Shown: in pieces, positions 1 to 13,300 of the stretch | Layout: each line of letters starts with the position of its first letter | Position numbering within the stretch: the stretch's first letter is position 1 | Source: Mytilus trossulus | Taxonomy: Eukaryota | NCBI RefSeq assembly: GCF_036588685.1 | Contig: NC_086385.1 | Span: 25,009,216-25,073,215 of the forward strand | Direction: 5' to 3' | DNA: 64,000 bases | Notes under the pieces: generated by a model | What the model saw: only the letters and a program-made list of their open reading frames with translations | Database searches by the model: none | Told to the model about the DNA's origin: nothing | Translations under genes and position numbers: made by a program

Positions 1-434
1 TTAACGAGAACCCTTGGAACGAATTGACATTTTCATGTATTGTATTGGTTTCTTACCAGAACTAAAAAATGACCCTGTCATAAATAACAGACGCTAATAG
101 AATTCATTGACACTATCTTGGTACTAATTTGTTTGCTAATGTAGATTATCTATTAGCAAAAGCTTGTATATCATTGGTGTTCAAATTATGAATTCTAGAA
201 TAGTGCCCTTTATATTTGAAAAAAACAAGGACATTTTAAGTATAAACACTGTATCAATGGATAAGCACTTATTACGTATCTGTGAAAACGCACAAATAGT
301 TTTCAATACATGTGTAGGAATTGTCTGCCATTTACCGGGCCTACCCCCTTTAACGGTTGTTATGCTTTCTCTTCGTTGATATTTTTCTTACCTAATAAAC
401 TCATCATAGATAACAGGATTAAAATTCTATATTT

Positions 435-478
435 ACGCAAGACGCGTGTTTCGTCTCCAAAAGACTCATCAGTGACGC
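435..478 (-). ncRNA. Minimal type-I hammerhead ribozyme in a Penelope-like terminal repeat
   Basis: Reverse complement reads GCGUCA CUGAUGA GUCU-uuugg-AGAC GAAAC-acgc-GUC UUGCGU: complete CUGAUGA/GAAA/GUC core, 4-bp stem II, minimal stem III. Confidence 0.8.
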
Positions 479-1093
479 ACGAATCAAAGTATTTTTATAG
501 GGCCAAATAAAGTACGAAGTTTAAGAGCATTATGGTCCACAAGTTCCTAAATGTTTTATCAAATACAGCTAAGGTAATCTATTACTGAGGTAGAACAACC
601 TAACTTTTCAAATACTGAGGGTAATGCGCCTTTAGTGTTTCATGGATGATTTTGGTTAATTTTATTTAAGAATGAAACATGAATGCGCTTCATTATAAAT
701 ATGTGCGCACATTCAACGCTTTTACATATGCACTATTCTTTGTCTGTTCTTCTTTTTCATCTTTATCCATGGCGTTTTCAGTTAATTTTCGATTTATCAT
801 TTGACTGTCCCTCTGGTATCTTTCGTATCTCTTTCACAACCCTATGAAGTTACAAAAAGACACATTAAATACTTATAATTTCATTTTTTAGCTAGGATCA
901 TGAAAAAACAATTTTTATAATTTTTTTAATTATTTTACCTGTGCAATTTATTGATGGACCTCATAATAACGTATTATAATGAAACTTACATCTAACATTG
1001 TCTAATGTAATTAGGACTATGTTTATTTGTTGATTTATCAAATATAATGCTATTTTTTCTGTTTTTACTATATATATCGTTTTATATTGAAAG

Positions 1094-1345
1094 AAATGCC
1101 AGAGACAATAAAACGTATGTCAATTCAAGACAGAGCGGAGTTTCTGAAGGCAACAAAGTCTGGTATAACGAAACGGCATACTATCAGAGTTATGATTGTG
1201 GGTGAAAAATCAGTTGGAAAAACATGCTTATTAAGACGATTGATGGATGAACAGATAGATGATGTTGAAAGCACTGATGGGATCAATATTGAAAGGCGGA
1301 AATGTCAAATTGACATAGAGACTGGAAAGTGGCATTTCCGTACAA
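1094..1345 (+). CDS. ROCO exon: Roc P-loop (G1) and switch I (G2)
   Basis: [20 protein letters not shown]...VESTDGI; acceptor ttgaaag|, donor a|gtaaat. Confidence 0.9.
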
Positions 1346-4300
1346 GTAAATTATAATTTGATTCTTCATTTATCATGTTTATTGAATTTATCAATTGTAT
1401 TCTACAAACCCTTTCCTTGAAAGCATCCAATAACAGAAAAGTGTTCCAGACGCACGAATGTATATAGCCGAATATTGGATATTATATAGATAGACTATTA
1501 ACTAAAAACCTTTTTTTTTCTTAATACACAAAACTTTTTACTTAAATGCTTAAGTATAGGCAGATGGTAGTGATAGCTAATATCCCTTCCCTTTTTGTAA
1601 CCAAAAGAAATTTAAGTGATCGTTGTCAGCATTTATGTAGTTTGGCACTACAAAATGTGATAAGATGGTAATTTTCGTCTTCCTTCCTCGATCTGTCAGT
1701 TAATAACAAACTGTACGACCAAAAAGATGATTTAAAGTTTACAATTGTGAATTTTCCATTTTCAAGATATTGTAGCATTATTTAAGCAGCACTTGCATAA
1801 GTAATACAGTATATTTCTACCAGTATGAAAAATTGATATAATGTTCATGATGAATAAAAAAGAATTCACACATTCATTAATATTGCCGTTTATTCTGTTA
1901 GATAATATATCTAGATCACCAGCGATTTTAAATTAAGAATATTATTCCTCTATGTGTAGCCATATTGACAGCTGTCTGGTTTATCAATCCACGTAATATC
2001 TATAAATCGAAAAGAAAATGTAGAAATATACTCGTTGTCTATAATTATGTACATTTTTATCGGAAGAAATATAACATGTATAAGAAGGAGTGATTAATCG
2101 GGCAATGGTTGGTGCAATATATAGTCTTGTTAAATTGCTTTGAGCAGACAAAACTATATAAATGCAATTTATATTTTTCTCTGGACATTTTAAATATTCA
2201 AGGTTACCGACGACATTTTAAAATGTATTTTTGTTTAGTTTTAACGCTTGTTTTTCAGGGGCAATTTTTATTTTTAAAATCAAACAATTGAAAGTAATTC
2301 AATATTTTATTGATACAACACAATACTCACCCATTCATTTATAACTGAGCAAACGCAGAACAAACAAAAAATATACAACGGCGATTCAGATATTTTGCCA
2401 TCATATTCCTTCCCCAAACAGTTTTGTTTTCTGTCTCAAACTCTTTTATCATTCTTTCGATTTGTTGTTAAAATCTGAAACGGTGAATCCTTGAGTTAAA
2501 ATAAACTCGAGTAAAGATCAAAAGATTAAAATAACACCTTGCTAATCTTTTAACAATGTTTAATGGTGTTTTCTTCCAATGCAAACATTTTTATGTTACC
2601 TATTCCTTGAATGTCAACACAAATATTTCAATGGATGTTTATATGATAACAATAGATGTTTTTATAACTATTTAACTGGGAAAGAATAATCAGTGAACTT
2701 GATGAAATTGCAACATTTTACCACATTTTTATAAGATGAATAGTAAATATAAGGGTTAAACAAAACACGAATTTTAAAGAAATGAAGAAATGAAAACATT
2801 TTTATTTCTTTTTGTCAAAGATATTTTGAGAATATGAATGTTTTAACATAAGACAATTGGGTTGAATACAATTTTTTTCAACTAAAAAAAATTATGTTAG
2901 ACATTCATTTATTATTTCAAATATTGTGTTACATGAACTGTATGAAGATTTCAATTAAACAAGTCATTCAACTTTAAAAATCATGAAAACAACATATTAT
3001 TTTATGCGTCCTAAGCGCTTTTTTGGATTTACCTTTTTCTGGAAGTCACAAAGCCATACATTTGAAAGCCAAGGATATATAAGGACCATTAGTGGTGCTC
3101 GAATATAAAAACAGTCAAAATCAAATACAAAGGTGAAGAGCATTAACACCATATTTGAAAGTTGTGCCAAGTGAAGATATAGTAATCCATACCTTGGGGT
3201 TAACAAACCTAATATATCGATTAATTCAACATTTTACACATAGTTAATTTACAGAAATGAACTAATCAATAATATTTCATGCTAACATAACTGTGTAAAC
3301 TAATAGACTAAGCAAATATTCATGTATGATTCCATTTTTTAAACGCGTATCTACAACCTCTGCACTTAAGTACCTGTCCTTGTAAACATCATGCAGAGGG
3401 TGATTCATGACATGTCACAGATGTATTTTTTTTGCCCTATTATCTATAATATAAGAACTTTGGTAGATAAGTAAAATTCTGTTTTTATTTTCCCTGTATA
3501 CTACCCGTTGCTATGGTAACAACTCAAACAACATTTTGTCTGAATATTTGAAAAAAGACCCTTTTGAAAATGCAAAATTAGGGAATTTAATGTCCCATGG
3601 AAATTAAGTTAATCAATAAAAACAATTAGGGCTTTTACAATCGACTAAATTCATACAGTATCAAGCTTGAGTATTGTGTCCAAATTTGCCCCAACTGTTC
3701 AGGTTTCGACTTCTGCGGTCGTACCATGCTCTGCTCAGCGAAACAATTTATTTTGACATAGATATAATTAAACTTGGACAGTGGTTATTTTTTTAAGATC
3801 ACCAAATAGTGTCTCAAGATTTAAAAACAAATCAATGTATTTAGGAACGCAGCAATTCTTCATTCAGTCATCAGCTTTTCTGCTGTTTTCTGGTGTTTGG
3901 TTGGGTTGTTGTCTCTTTGACACATTCCCCATTTCTGAAGAAAAAAAATCTAATTTCTAAAAATGGGGAAGGGGGTTCTATTATTGCCCTAAGCCTTTGA
4001 AGAAATTTCATGCTTTAATGCGTAAAATGTTCACAATTAAATTCCATCTTTAAAATTTTTGATAAATTTGATAATTTTGAAGAAGAAAAAAAAGGGGGAT
4101 GAGTACTATACCCAGAGAGAACAATTTTCATTCTCTAAAAACATATCTCGTTCGATCGTATATTTGCATTTATAATTTCCAAATTTGTGTAAGAAATGCA
4201 CATATAAATGGAATAATTTAGCTTTTTAAGTTCAAAATGTTTTGAATGACAATTTTTGACAAAAAAAAAAATTTGAAAGAAAAAAAAACACACGACTTTA

Positions 4301-7300
4301 TCTTTATTTTATGAATATATAGAATGTTGTCTCTCAAAATTTGTCAAAGACATGTCACGGATTTGTTGGTCTTAGGAGATTAAAAGATTTAAAATTTAGG
4401 AGTTTTTTGAAATTTTTTTATTTTCGAATTTTAACACATTTTCAAATGGTTGCTATGGAAACAAAATATTTAGTAAATTCAAAATTTTAAAGTTTTTGTT
4501 TAGTTTGGGGTTAGTCAATACTGTAAATATATCTATTGTTTGTATTAGTTTACTTTATTTCTATGGTTTTTTAAAATCCAATATATTTTAATTTTCAAAG
4601 GCTAGTTATGTAGTACTACGTATTTAGGCAAAATTTTGTAAGGATGGTTTCCATGGCAACCAAGGTTCAAAAGAAAAAAAATAATACCATCCCTTCTTCA
4701 TAAACAAAATATTACGACATTTGAAGAGGGGTCATGAATCACACATCAACAGGAACCTGCATGATTTTTACAAAAACAGGTACTTAAATATGAAATGGTT
4801 AATTTCAAACATCTTCATCAAATAATAAAAAAAAAAGTCTGAACTAATAGTATTTTTTTTTTAAATAGTTTTCTTTATCGTCGGCATTATATTAATGTAT
4901 TACAATTTGATGACGTCAATAGTTTTAATTCATTTATACAGTTAATCTAGTGGATGTTTTTCCTTTCTTATAGCCGGTCAAAATTCTTATGGATCTCCTG
5001 ATCATATGGAGCAATTTGCAGACTGTGGATTTTGGGATTTTGCCGGACAGAGGGAATTCTATGCAACACATCAAACCTTTCTTAGTTCAAATGCTGTTTA
5101 CCTGTTGGTTGTAGATATATCTAAAGATTTTACAAATAGAACATATGATAACATGATTGAAAAAGAATTCGATAGTATTGGAGGTATGCAAAATAAATTC
5201 CAATGACGAATTAAGGAATATCAGTACTTTATTTAAAGAGTTGCCACCGTCAATTGTAGAATTGACGGTCGCAAATACAGTTTTACTGGCGACGCGTAGC
5301 GGAGACAGTAAAACGGAGATCTGAGACCGTCAAATCAAAATTGACAGTGGCAACTCTTCAACTACAGTACTTTTAATCCTATTCTAATGCATTACAAAAA
5401 GAAATGATACAATTAAACTTGATAAAATGTCTAAATTTGACAAATGAAACTTTATAAATGATTTGGCGCAAAGACGTCATGGGTAAACGTGACGTCATAC
5501 AATTGAAAACTTACAAACTTGAGGTTATTACGTTACCTGTACGATTCGAATTCGAATAAAATTACATTAAAACGGCGAATTCGAGGTAGGTGTTGTTTTA
5601 TTTTCGATTTTAATCGAACATTTGTTGATTCAATAAAGTCAAAACGGCGGGTCCCTCCTTAGTTACGCCTGGTCAACTGTGGATTTGACGGCAACTTTTA
5701 ACCAATGAAAAAAAATGTTACATAAAAATTGCATAAGAATGCCATGTTTATGCAATGGTTGGTCAAATAAATCCGAATGTTCTATGACATTGTAAGAAGC
5801 AGAATTCGAGTAGAGTAATTGCAGTACTTAAGCCTTCCTTTGAAATAATAATAAAACCGGCAACTACATTGTATGGATAAGAAGAGTCATCTATTCTATT
5901 CATCTTTGGTTTTAGTATGGTGATCTAGTAACAGTTCTAATTGCCTTTTTCGATTTACATTACTGTACAAACTGCCTTATAAATACAATATAACAATTAT
6001 ATATTTACATGTTTATCATTATTAGTTGGTGTATTCACCTTTCTGGATTTATATTTTACTTGATTTTATCATTTACGGTTTGTACTTTCAAGTACAAACA
6101 CTTTTTAATCGGCGTATATTTCTCAATCTACCATCAAATGAAAAAAATCATTATTATCGTTTATGTTATTTTTTTCTGTGGAACTTTAGTCAGTTGTGTT
6201 GTATTTAGATGTAAGAAGATGTGATATGAAACAATGAGACAACCCTCCATCCAAATCACAATTTATAAAAAGTAAACCATTATAGGTCAAAGTAATGTCT
6301 TCAACACGGAGCCTTTGCTCACATCAAACAGCAGGCTACGACAGTCCCAAACATGGCTAGTGTCTATTTAAACGGGGAAAACATCGGTATAATCTATATA
6401 AAAACGAGAAAAGAGAAACACTTATCAACCATATCAACAAACGTCAACCACTGAACGTCGGGTGTCTGACTTAGATCAAGTGCTAAAAATTGCTAAAAAT
6501 TTTAAATGTTTTATCAAGTACCAACCTTCACCCTCACCTAAAACAACAGTATAACATCACAACATAGAAAGGCACACTATACAATATAAATTGAATCTGT
6601 AATGTATATTTACATAATTTTGGCTGCTGGATCCTAATTATTGAACTTTCAGCCTATTTTTATTTTTTTGGCTCACTAAATGTTGTCAATTTCATCCACC
6701 TATAAACAACGGCAATACAAGTGACTGGTTTTTACATGTTGCTAGCTATAAAACAGGTTAAACTCGCAGTTTTCTTCGGAAAATGTATTTTCCAAGTTGA
6801 TAATATAAGTGTTTGTATCGGTCCTTTTGGTTGATAACCTTTGATTTTGTCACTTTTGATAGAATTCCCCTTTTATGGAATTACCTTAAACGTTCTTGTT
6901 TTGTGGCTCTTTTTTGTGCAAGTTGCTGTAACAGTTACACAGTAAGTCTTAAAGACCAAATGTCTTGAGATATGAGGTTGTTGATTCATGAACAAACAAT
7001 TAAGGTCAAAGTCAAAAGGTTATGGTCAAGTTTTATATCTTCACATTGCTGAAAAGATTTGTTTATCAATTGAAAATTCAAACAATGTACCAACGTATCT
7101 TATAGCTCTTATTCATCAATAAAATGCATCTCATAAGCTTTCGAGTGTAAAAAAAAAATTAAGTTTCAACCTTTATACAAAAAAAAGTAAAAACACAAAA
7201 ATACCGAACTCCGAGGAAAATTCAAAAAGGAAAATCAAAAATCAAAGGCAAAATCAAAAGTCCAAACACATCAAACGAATGGGTAACAACTGTCATATTC

Positions 7301-10300
7301 CTGACTTGGTACAGGCATTTTCTAATGTAGAAAATGGTGGATTGAACCTGGTTTTATAGCTAGCTAAACCTCTCACTTATATGACAGTCGCATCAAATTC
7401 CATTGAATTGTCAACGATGCATGAACAAAACAAACATACTCAAAGAGTAAAAATGTCAAAAATAGGGGTACAACAGTCAATATTGTGTTATCATCTTAAT
7501 ATCTCTACATAAACAACAAATGTAACAAAGAAGCACAAAAAGGCATACATTAATTTAACATTCTCATTTTGCTTTTCTTATACGGCTGAATTTATCTATG
7601 TAAAGTCTACCCATAATGATAGAAGGTTTCATTACTGGTTTAAAATGCGCGTTTGAAATTCGCACAGGTAGACATACAAATAATTTTGTCGTATGACGGC
7701 ATACATAAATGAAGACTTACGTAAAGTTCATGCTTCCCAATCATTTCAGAATATATTGACTTCTGGTTAGATAACATACACTGTTATTGCAGAGACGATA
7801 CGAATACATCAAAACACCAAAACGAAAATAACTTGCTCAATCCACCTGTTATAATAGTGGGTACTGGGATCGACAAATTACCAGAGGTATGTCATATTTT
7901 CGTGACGGTGGAATATATCCTTAAAGGATTTTAAATAGATACTTTTTAACCATACACACAGATTTTTTTTATCAAATGCAACGACTGGTCAGCTTGAACT
8001 TACAAGATATCTAGTCAAGGTGACGTTTTCATGCGAATAAATGCATAGCCCTCTTCCAAAACAAATACTTGAGATTACAAAAAAAATTAATTTAATTACT
8101 CAAATAAAGTGATATAATGTTTGCACCTGCCCTAAGTCAGGAATCTGATGTACAGTAGTTCTCGTTTGTTTATGTGATTTATACGCGTTTCTCGTTTTTT
8201 ATTTACTAGATTAGACCGTTGGTTTTCCCGTTTGAATGGTTTTACACTAATAATGGGGCCCTTTATAACTTGTTGTTCAGTTTGAGCCAATGCTCCGTGT
8301 TGAAGGCCGTACATTGACCGATAATGGTTTACTTTTATCAATTGTTACTTGGATGGAGAGTTGTTTCAATGGCATTCACACAACATCTTCCTATATCTAT
8401 ATAAGTCCAAATTATTGATTCTTTTTCGTAAAGACTAGTATGTATTAGCAATTCATGAAAATTGTAAGTTATAATTCAAAGTTAAGTTTCTTGTTTTTCC
8501 AATTAATGTTTCTAGTCATTTAAAATTACCCTGCTATTGATAGTATCTATACTATTAATCGAGAAGACCTCATTGTGTTTGTCGCTTCCTTCCTGCCTTT
8601 ACGCATCATTGTAAATATAACGGAATTTGGTGAGACAGTCATCACAGTGAGAGTGTTAGCGCTAAAAAAAACAGGTTTAATCCACCATTTTCTACATTTC
8701 AAAATGCATGTACCAAGTCAGGAATAGGACAGTTCTTGTCCATTCGTTTTTGATGTGTTTGTTATTTGATTTTGCCATATGATTATGGATTTTCCGAATT
8801 GATTTTCCTCTAAGTTCAGTATTTTTGTGATATTACTTTTTAATCATCATAATTTGTGTCCTTTAGGTACCATGCATAGTCGCAATTGTCATCCTTGCTT
8901 ATGGTTATTCTGCTTGTGTAATTTTAGAGAAAAACGATAATAAAGGCATCCAGATATTGTTTCCGTCATAGGTTAAACTAGACCTCCGTTTAGAACGGTT
9001 TGAAATTGGACATAGCTTTCATGTCGTTCATAGGAGCTGGGGGGACAGGACATATTTTCTCCCCGCTTTATCTGCATACATTGAACAGACATATACTATA
9101 AATAAAGTGAACATTGTATATGCTATTTCCATCAATTCCAAGTTTACCATCAACGGCGGTCGTATATTACATGCTTACTTTTGGCTACTTATTATATGTT
9201 TATTATGTACTAAACATATATGAATATCTATTAATATTTTCTCCCTTTTTGGCTGTTTGTTTGTTATCTATATCATCCACACTTGCATTACGATTCGTTA
9301 TCGACATATTCTTTAAGAGCTTATAGTTCTGATTAATCTTTTTTTTTATCTCATTGTTTGTATTGTAATGAAAATTATTGATGTTGTAATTTTCATGGCC
9401 TATGGGCCCATAATTGGAAAAAAAAAATTATTTCAAATTGGTCAAAACATTTATTAATCAATCCAAAAAGTAGGAGAATTCAGTACGAAGGTAATATTAT
9501 TTACGCGGCTTATAAATATGTGCATACATATATGTGTATTGATCTGTATCTAAACTCTACACTGTTTTATAAATCAAAAGATAAACCAATCTTTTAAATA
9601 TTAAACATGTTTTAATCAATTTCTGTTCTCTCCAATTTGTCCCTGACCTCATTTTCACGGTTCAGTGACTACTAGCTTATTATTAGCAATTGGATATTAA
9701 GTCACACGCAACAAAGTTGAAGAGGGTATACTGTTTTTTGATCCGTCCGTCAGTCTGTTGGTACTGTTTTTGTCATCCCATAAACCACACAACAGAATTT
9801 CATGAAACCTTTTAAGATAATAAGGCCATGCTATGTAGATGTGCATATCGATAGGAAATTATGAATTAATTTATTTTCTAGGAGTTAAGCCCCATTGAAC
9901 TTATTTGCCACTGCATTTTAATACTACTGCAACAGTTTGTCAGGGCAACTCCTCTGAAACCACACAACAGAATTTCATGAAACTTTGTAGATAATAAGGA
10001 CATACTATTTAGATGTGCATATCGAAAGGAAATTTCAATACAATTTTTTTTTTCGAGAATTACGCCCCTTTGAACTTATTTGCCCCAATATACTACTGCA
10101 ACATTTTGTCATCTCTGCACCTCTGAAACCACACAACAGATTTCATGAAACTCTTTAGATAATAAAGAAATACTATGTAGATGAGCTTATCGACAGGAAA
10201 TTATGATTCATTTTTTTTCTTAAAGTTATTTTATTTATTCAGTGACAATTTGAGGGTGTGGGGTATGTGAGCGCGCGTACTAAGGTTCTTTAACTATGTT

Positions 10301-13300
10301 TGGTATGTGCGTACATTTTCCTAGCAACATCTCAGCGGCACCAGCATATGGAGTATATGTGTCTCAATTGACACTTTACTCTAGAGCTAGCTCAAAGTAC
10401 GTTGATTTTGTTGAACGAGGAATACTGCTTTTTCCAAAGTTACTTAGACAGAGCTATGAATCAATCAAATTAAGGTCATCACTCAAGAAATTGTACGGTC
10501 GCCATCATGGGCTGATTGGCCGTTATGACAAAAGTGTGTCAGAAATCAAATCTGATATTCTTCCTCAGTCATAATAACCTTCCATCATTACCGAACTGAA
10601 CAAAGAAATAACACGACGGGTAGCGTATAAGGTGCAAGAAATGCTTACTCTTCCGGGGCACCTGATTTCACTCCCGGTTTTTAGTTGAGTTCGTGTTAAT
10701 TCTTATTTATTATTTATAACTGTTGATGTAAATGTCCTTTGGTTTTTTGAGTCTTTGTTTACTACTTGGTTTCAATTGTTATTGTCTTGTAAGGTCCCTA
10801 TGCACGTGACATCATTTCATGGATCAGTTAACAAGTTGAAGTTTTGGTGTTCAAATCCATATCTCAGAGTTTATAAGCAATAGTTCTAGTATATTTGGCG
10901 TATGGAACGATTGTAAGAGGTACATGTCCAACTGGCAGGTGTCATCTGACCTGAACCTCATTTTTCATAATTCAGTGGTTATATTTTAGTTTTTGTATTT
11001 TGATTTTTTTTCTTATAATGTATTCAATGGTTCTACTATACTTTGTGTATGAAATGATTGTAAGGTGTAGATGTCAAATGGGAGGTGTCATATAACCTTG
11101 ACCTTATTTTCATAGTTCAGTGGTGAAAGTTAAGTTTATTCAGTTTTTGTCTTTCTTTTCGTATACTATATGCAATAGGTCAACTTTATTTGGTGTAAGG
11201 AAATATTTTATGATGTACATGTCAGTCTTGCAGGTTTTAATTGACATTGACTTCATTTTCATGGTTCATCAATCAATGTTAAGTTTGATGTGTTTTAGAC
11301 AGTTTTTCTTAAACTATAACCAATAGGTCAATTTTGTTTGTGTATGGAAGGATTGTGAGCTGTATCTGTCTGTCTGGCAGGTATCATCGTACTTAGACCT
11401 AATTTTTGTGGTTCATTGGTCAATGTTAAGTCTTCATTGTTAAGTGTGGTTCTTAGATACTTTAAGTCATAGTCTTCTATATTTAATGTGTCAAAGAGAG
11501 ATCAAAACGACCATAGAACAGACAACATCAAAATGTCACCAACAGGTCTTCAATGCAGCGAGAATTCCCGCACCAGGAGGCGTCCTTCAACAGGCCCCTA
11601 AACATGTTTTTATACATACTAGTTCACTGATAATGAACGTCATGCTAACTCCAAATTGTACACAAGAAACTAAAAATAAAAATAATACAAGACTAACAAA
11701 GGCCTGGGGCTCCTGACTTAGGACAGGCGCAAACCTGCAGCTGGTTTAAACATGTTTATGAGATCTCAACCCTCCCCTATACCTCTAGCCAATGTAGAAA
11801 AGTACACGCATAACAATACGCACATTAAAATTCAGTTCAAAAGAAGTCCGAGTCTGATGTCAGAAGATGTTACCAAAGAAAATAAACAAAATGACAATAA
11901 TACATAAATAACAACAGACTACCAGCAGTTAACTGTTATGCAAGCGCCAGACTTCAATTAAACTGATTGAAAGATTATGTCTTCATCATATGAATATCAG
12001 GCACAATCCTTCCCGTTAGGGATTTAGTATCATACCATCAAAACATGTATGAGAAGACTATAACCCGTGGCATGCCAACAAATGTGTTTATTTTCGATGC
12101 AAAGACCCTATAAGTGAATCAATATAAACGCCACAAAATATGCAATCTTTAATGACCTGGCAACAGTTTCGTAACTATATCCCTTCTTAATAAGTATATT
12201 TAAAGGTTTTGATAGCTTCTGAGGTGAATACTGACATTGTTGTCTCTTATAAAGAATATTTCCATAAAAAATTGGATGTGAAATACCTGAACATATAAGA
12301 AGTCTGTATGTTGAGCTATATTTACGAATGATGTCTTTATACCGATGATGAAATTTAGTAAATGTTTGACTAGTTTGAGATATCGAAAACCCTGGTGTAA
12401 TAATTTTTCAGTAATACAAAAATTTCTCTCGTTAAAATCTAAAACATTGTTACATACACGAGCGAATCGTACAAATTGAGATACATAAACATATAAACAC
12501 CGTTAGATGGTGACAAGGGCACGTCACCATCTAAAAATGGATAATTAACAATCGGAAATGAAAAATCATCTCTTTTATCATAATTTTTTGTATTAAGTTT
12601 TCCGTTGATGATATAATTATCAAGATTGAAGAAAGGGCTGTGGTCATTGTTATGCATAGATTGATTGTAAGTGTCTGTGTAACATTGGTCATCTGACTTC
12701 ATTTTCATGGTTCATTGGTCAATGTATTGTTTTCTTCGTTATGTCTGTTTCTTTGAAAATAAAAGCAATAGGTCAATTTATTCAGTGTAATGAATGATTT
12801 TAAGGTGTACATGTATTTTTCGTTTGTTTAATCTGACCTTGAACTCATCTATTGGATCATGTACAGTTTATGTGATGGTTGTAGTAAAGCGTTATATTTA
12901 GGACCATTAAAATAATATCAATTATAGGTAAAGAAGGGGAGACATTTTTGCGTGTGCCCTCATGTTCAAAATAGCTGACTTAGGCCAAATGAAAGCTTTG
13001 TTTTGAATGACTCAATACTACATATTTAAAACTTGAACTGATGGTATGATTTCAAACACAAGTATTCATTTTAGTAAGACAAAGTTGATCGTAAAAACTT
13101 TGTATTTAAATAGAAAAATATTGTTATTAGAACTTAAACATAACAATAGTTAGAGTTATTCAAAGTAATCATGTTTATCACTTTAAAAGTATCATCAAGT
13201 AATACAAAGCTACTAGTTAAAGTAATTCAAAGTAGCATCATAAATACATTGCTAGTTATTCAAAGCGTGTGCCATTTCCTAACACCTATCATGGATTTAA

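Noticed and set aside
8544-9070. Helitron-like start tctatactattaa
   Set aside because: No matching 3' hairpin or CTRR end was found.
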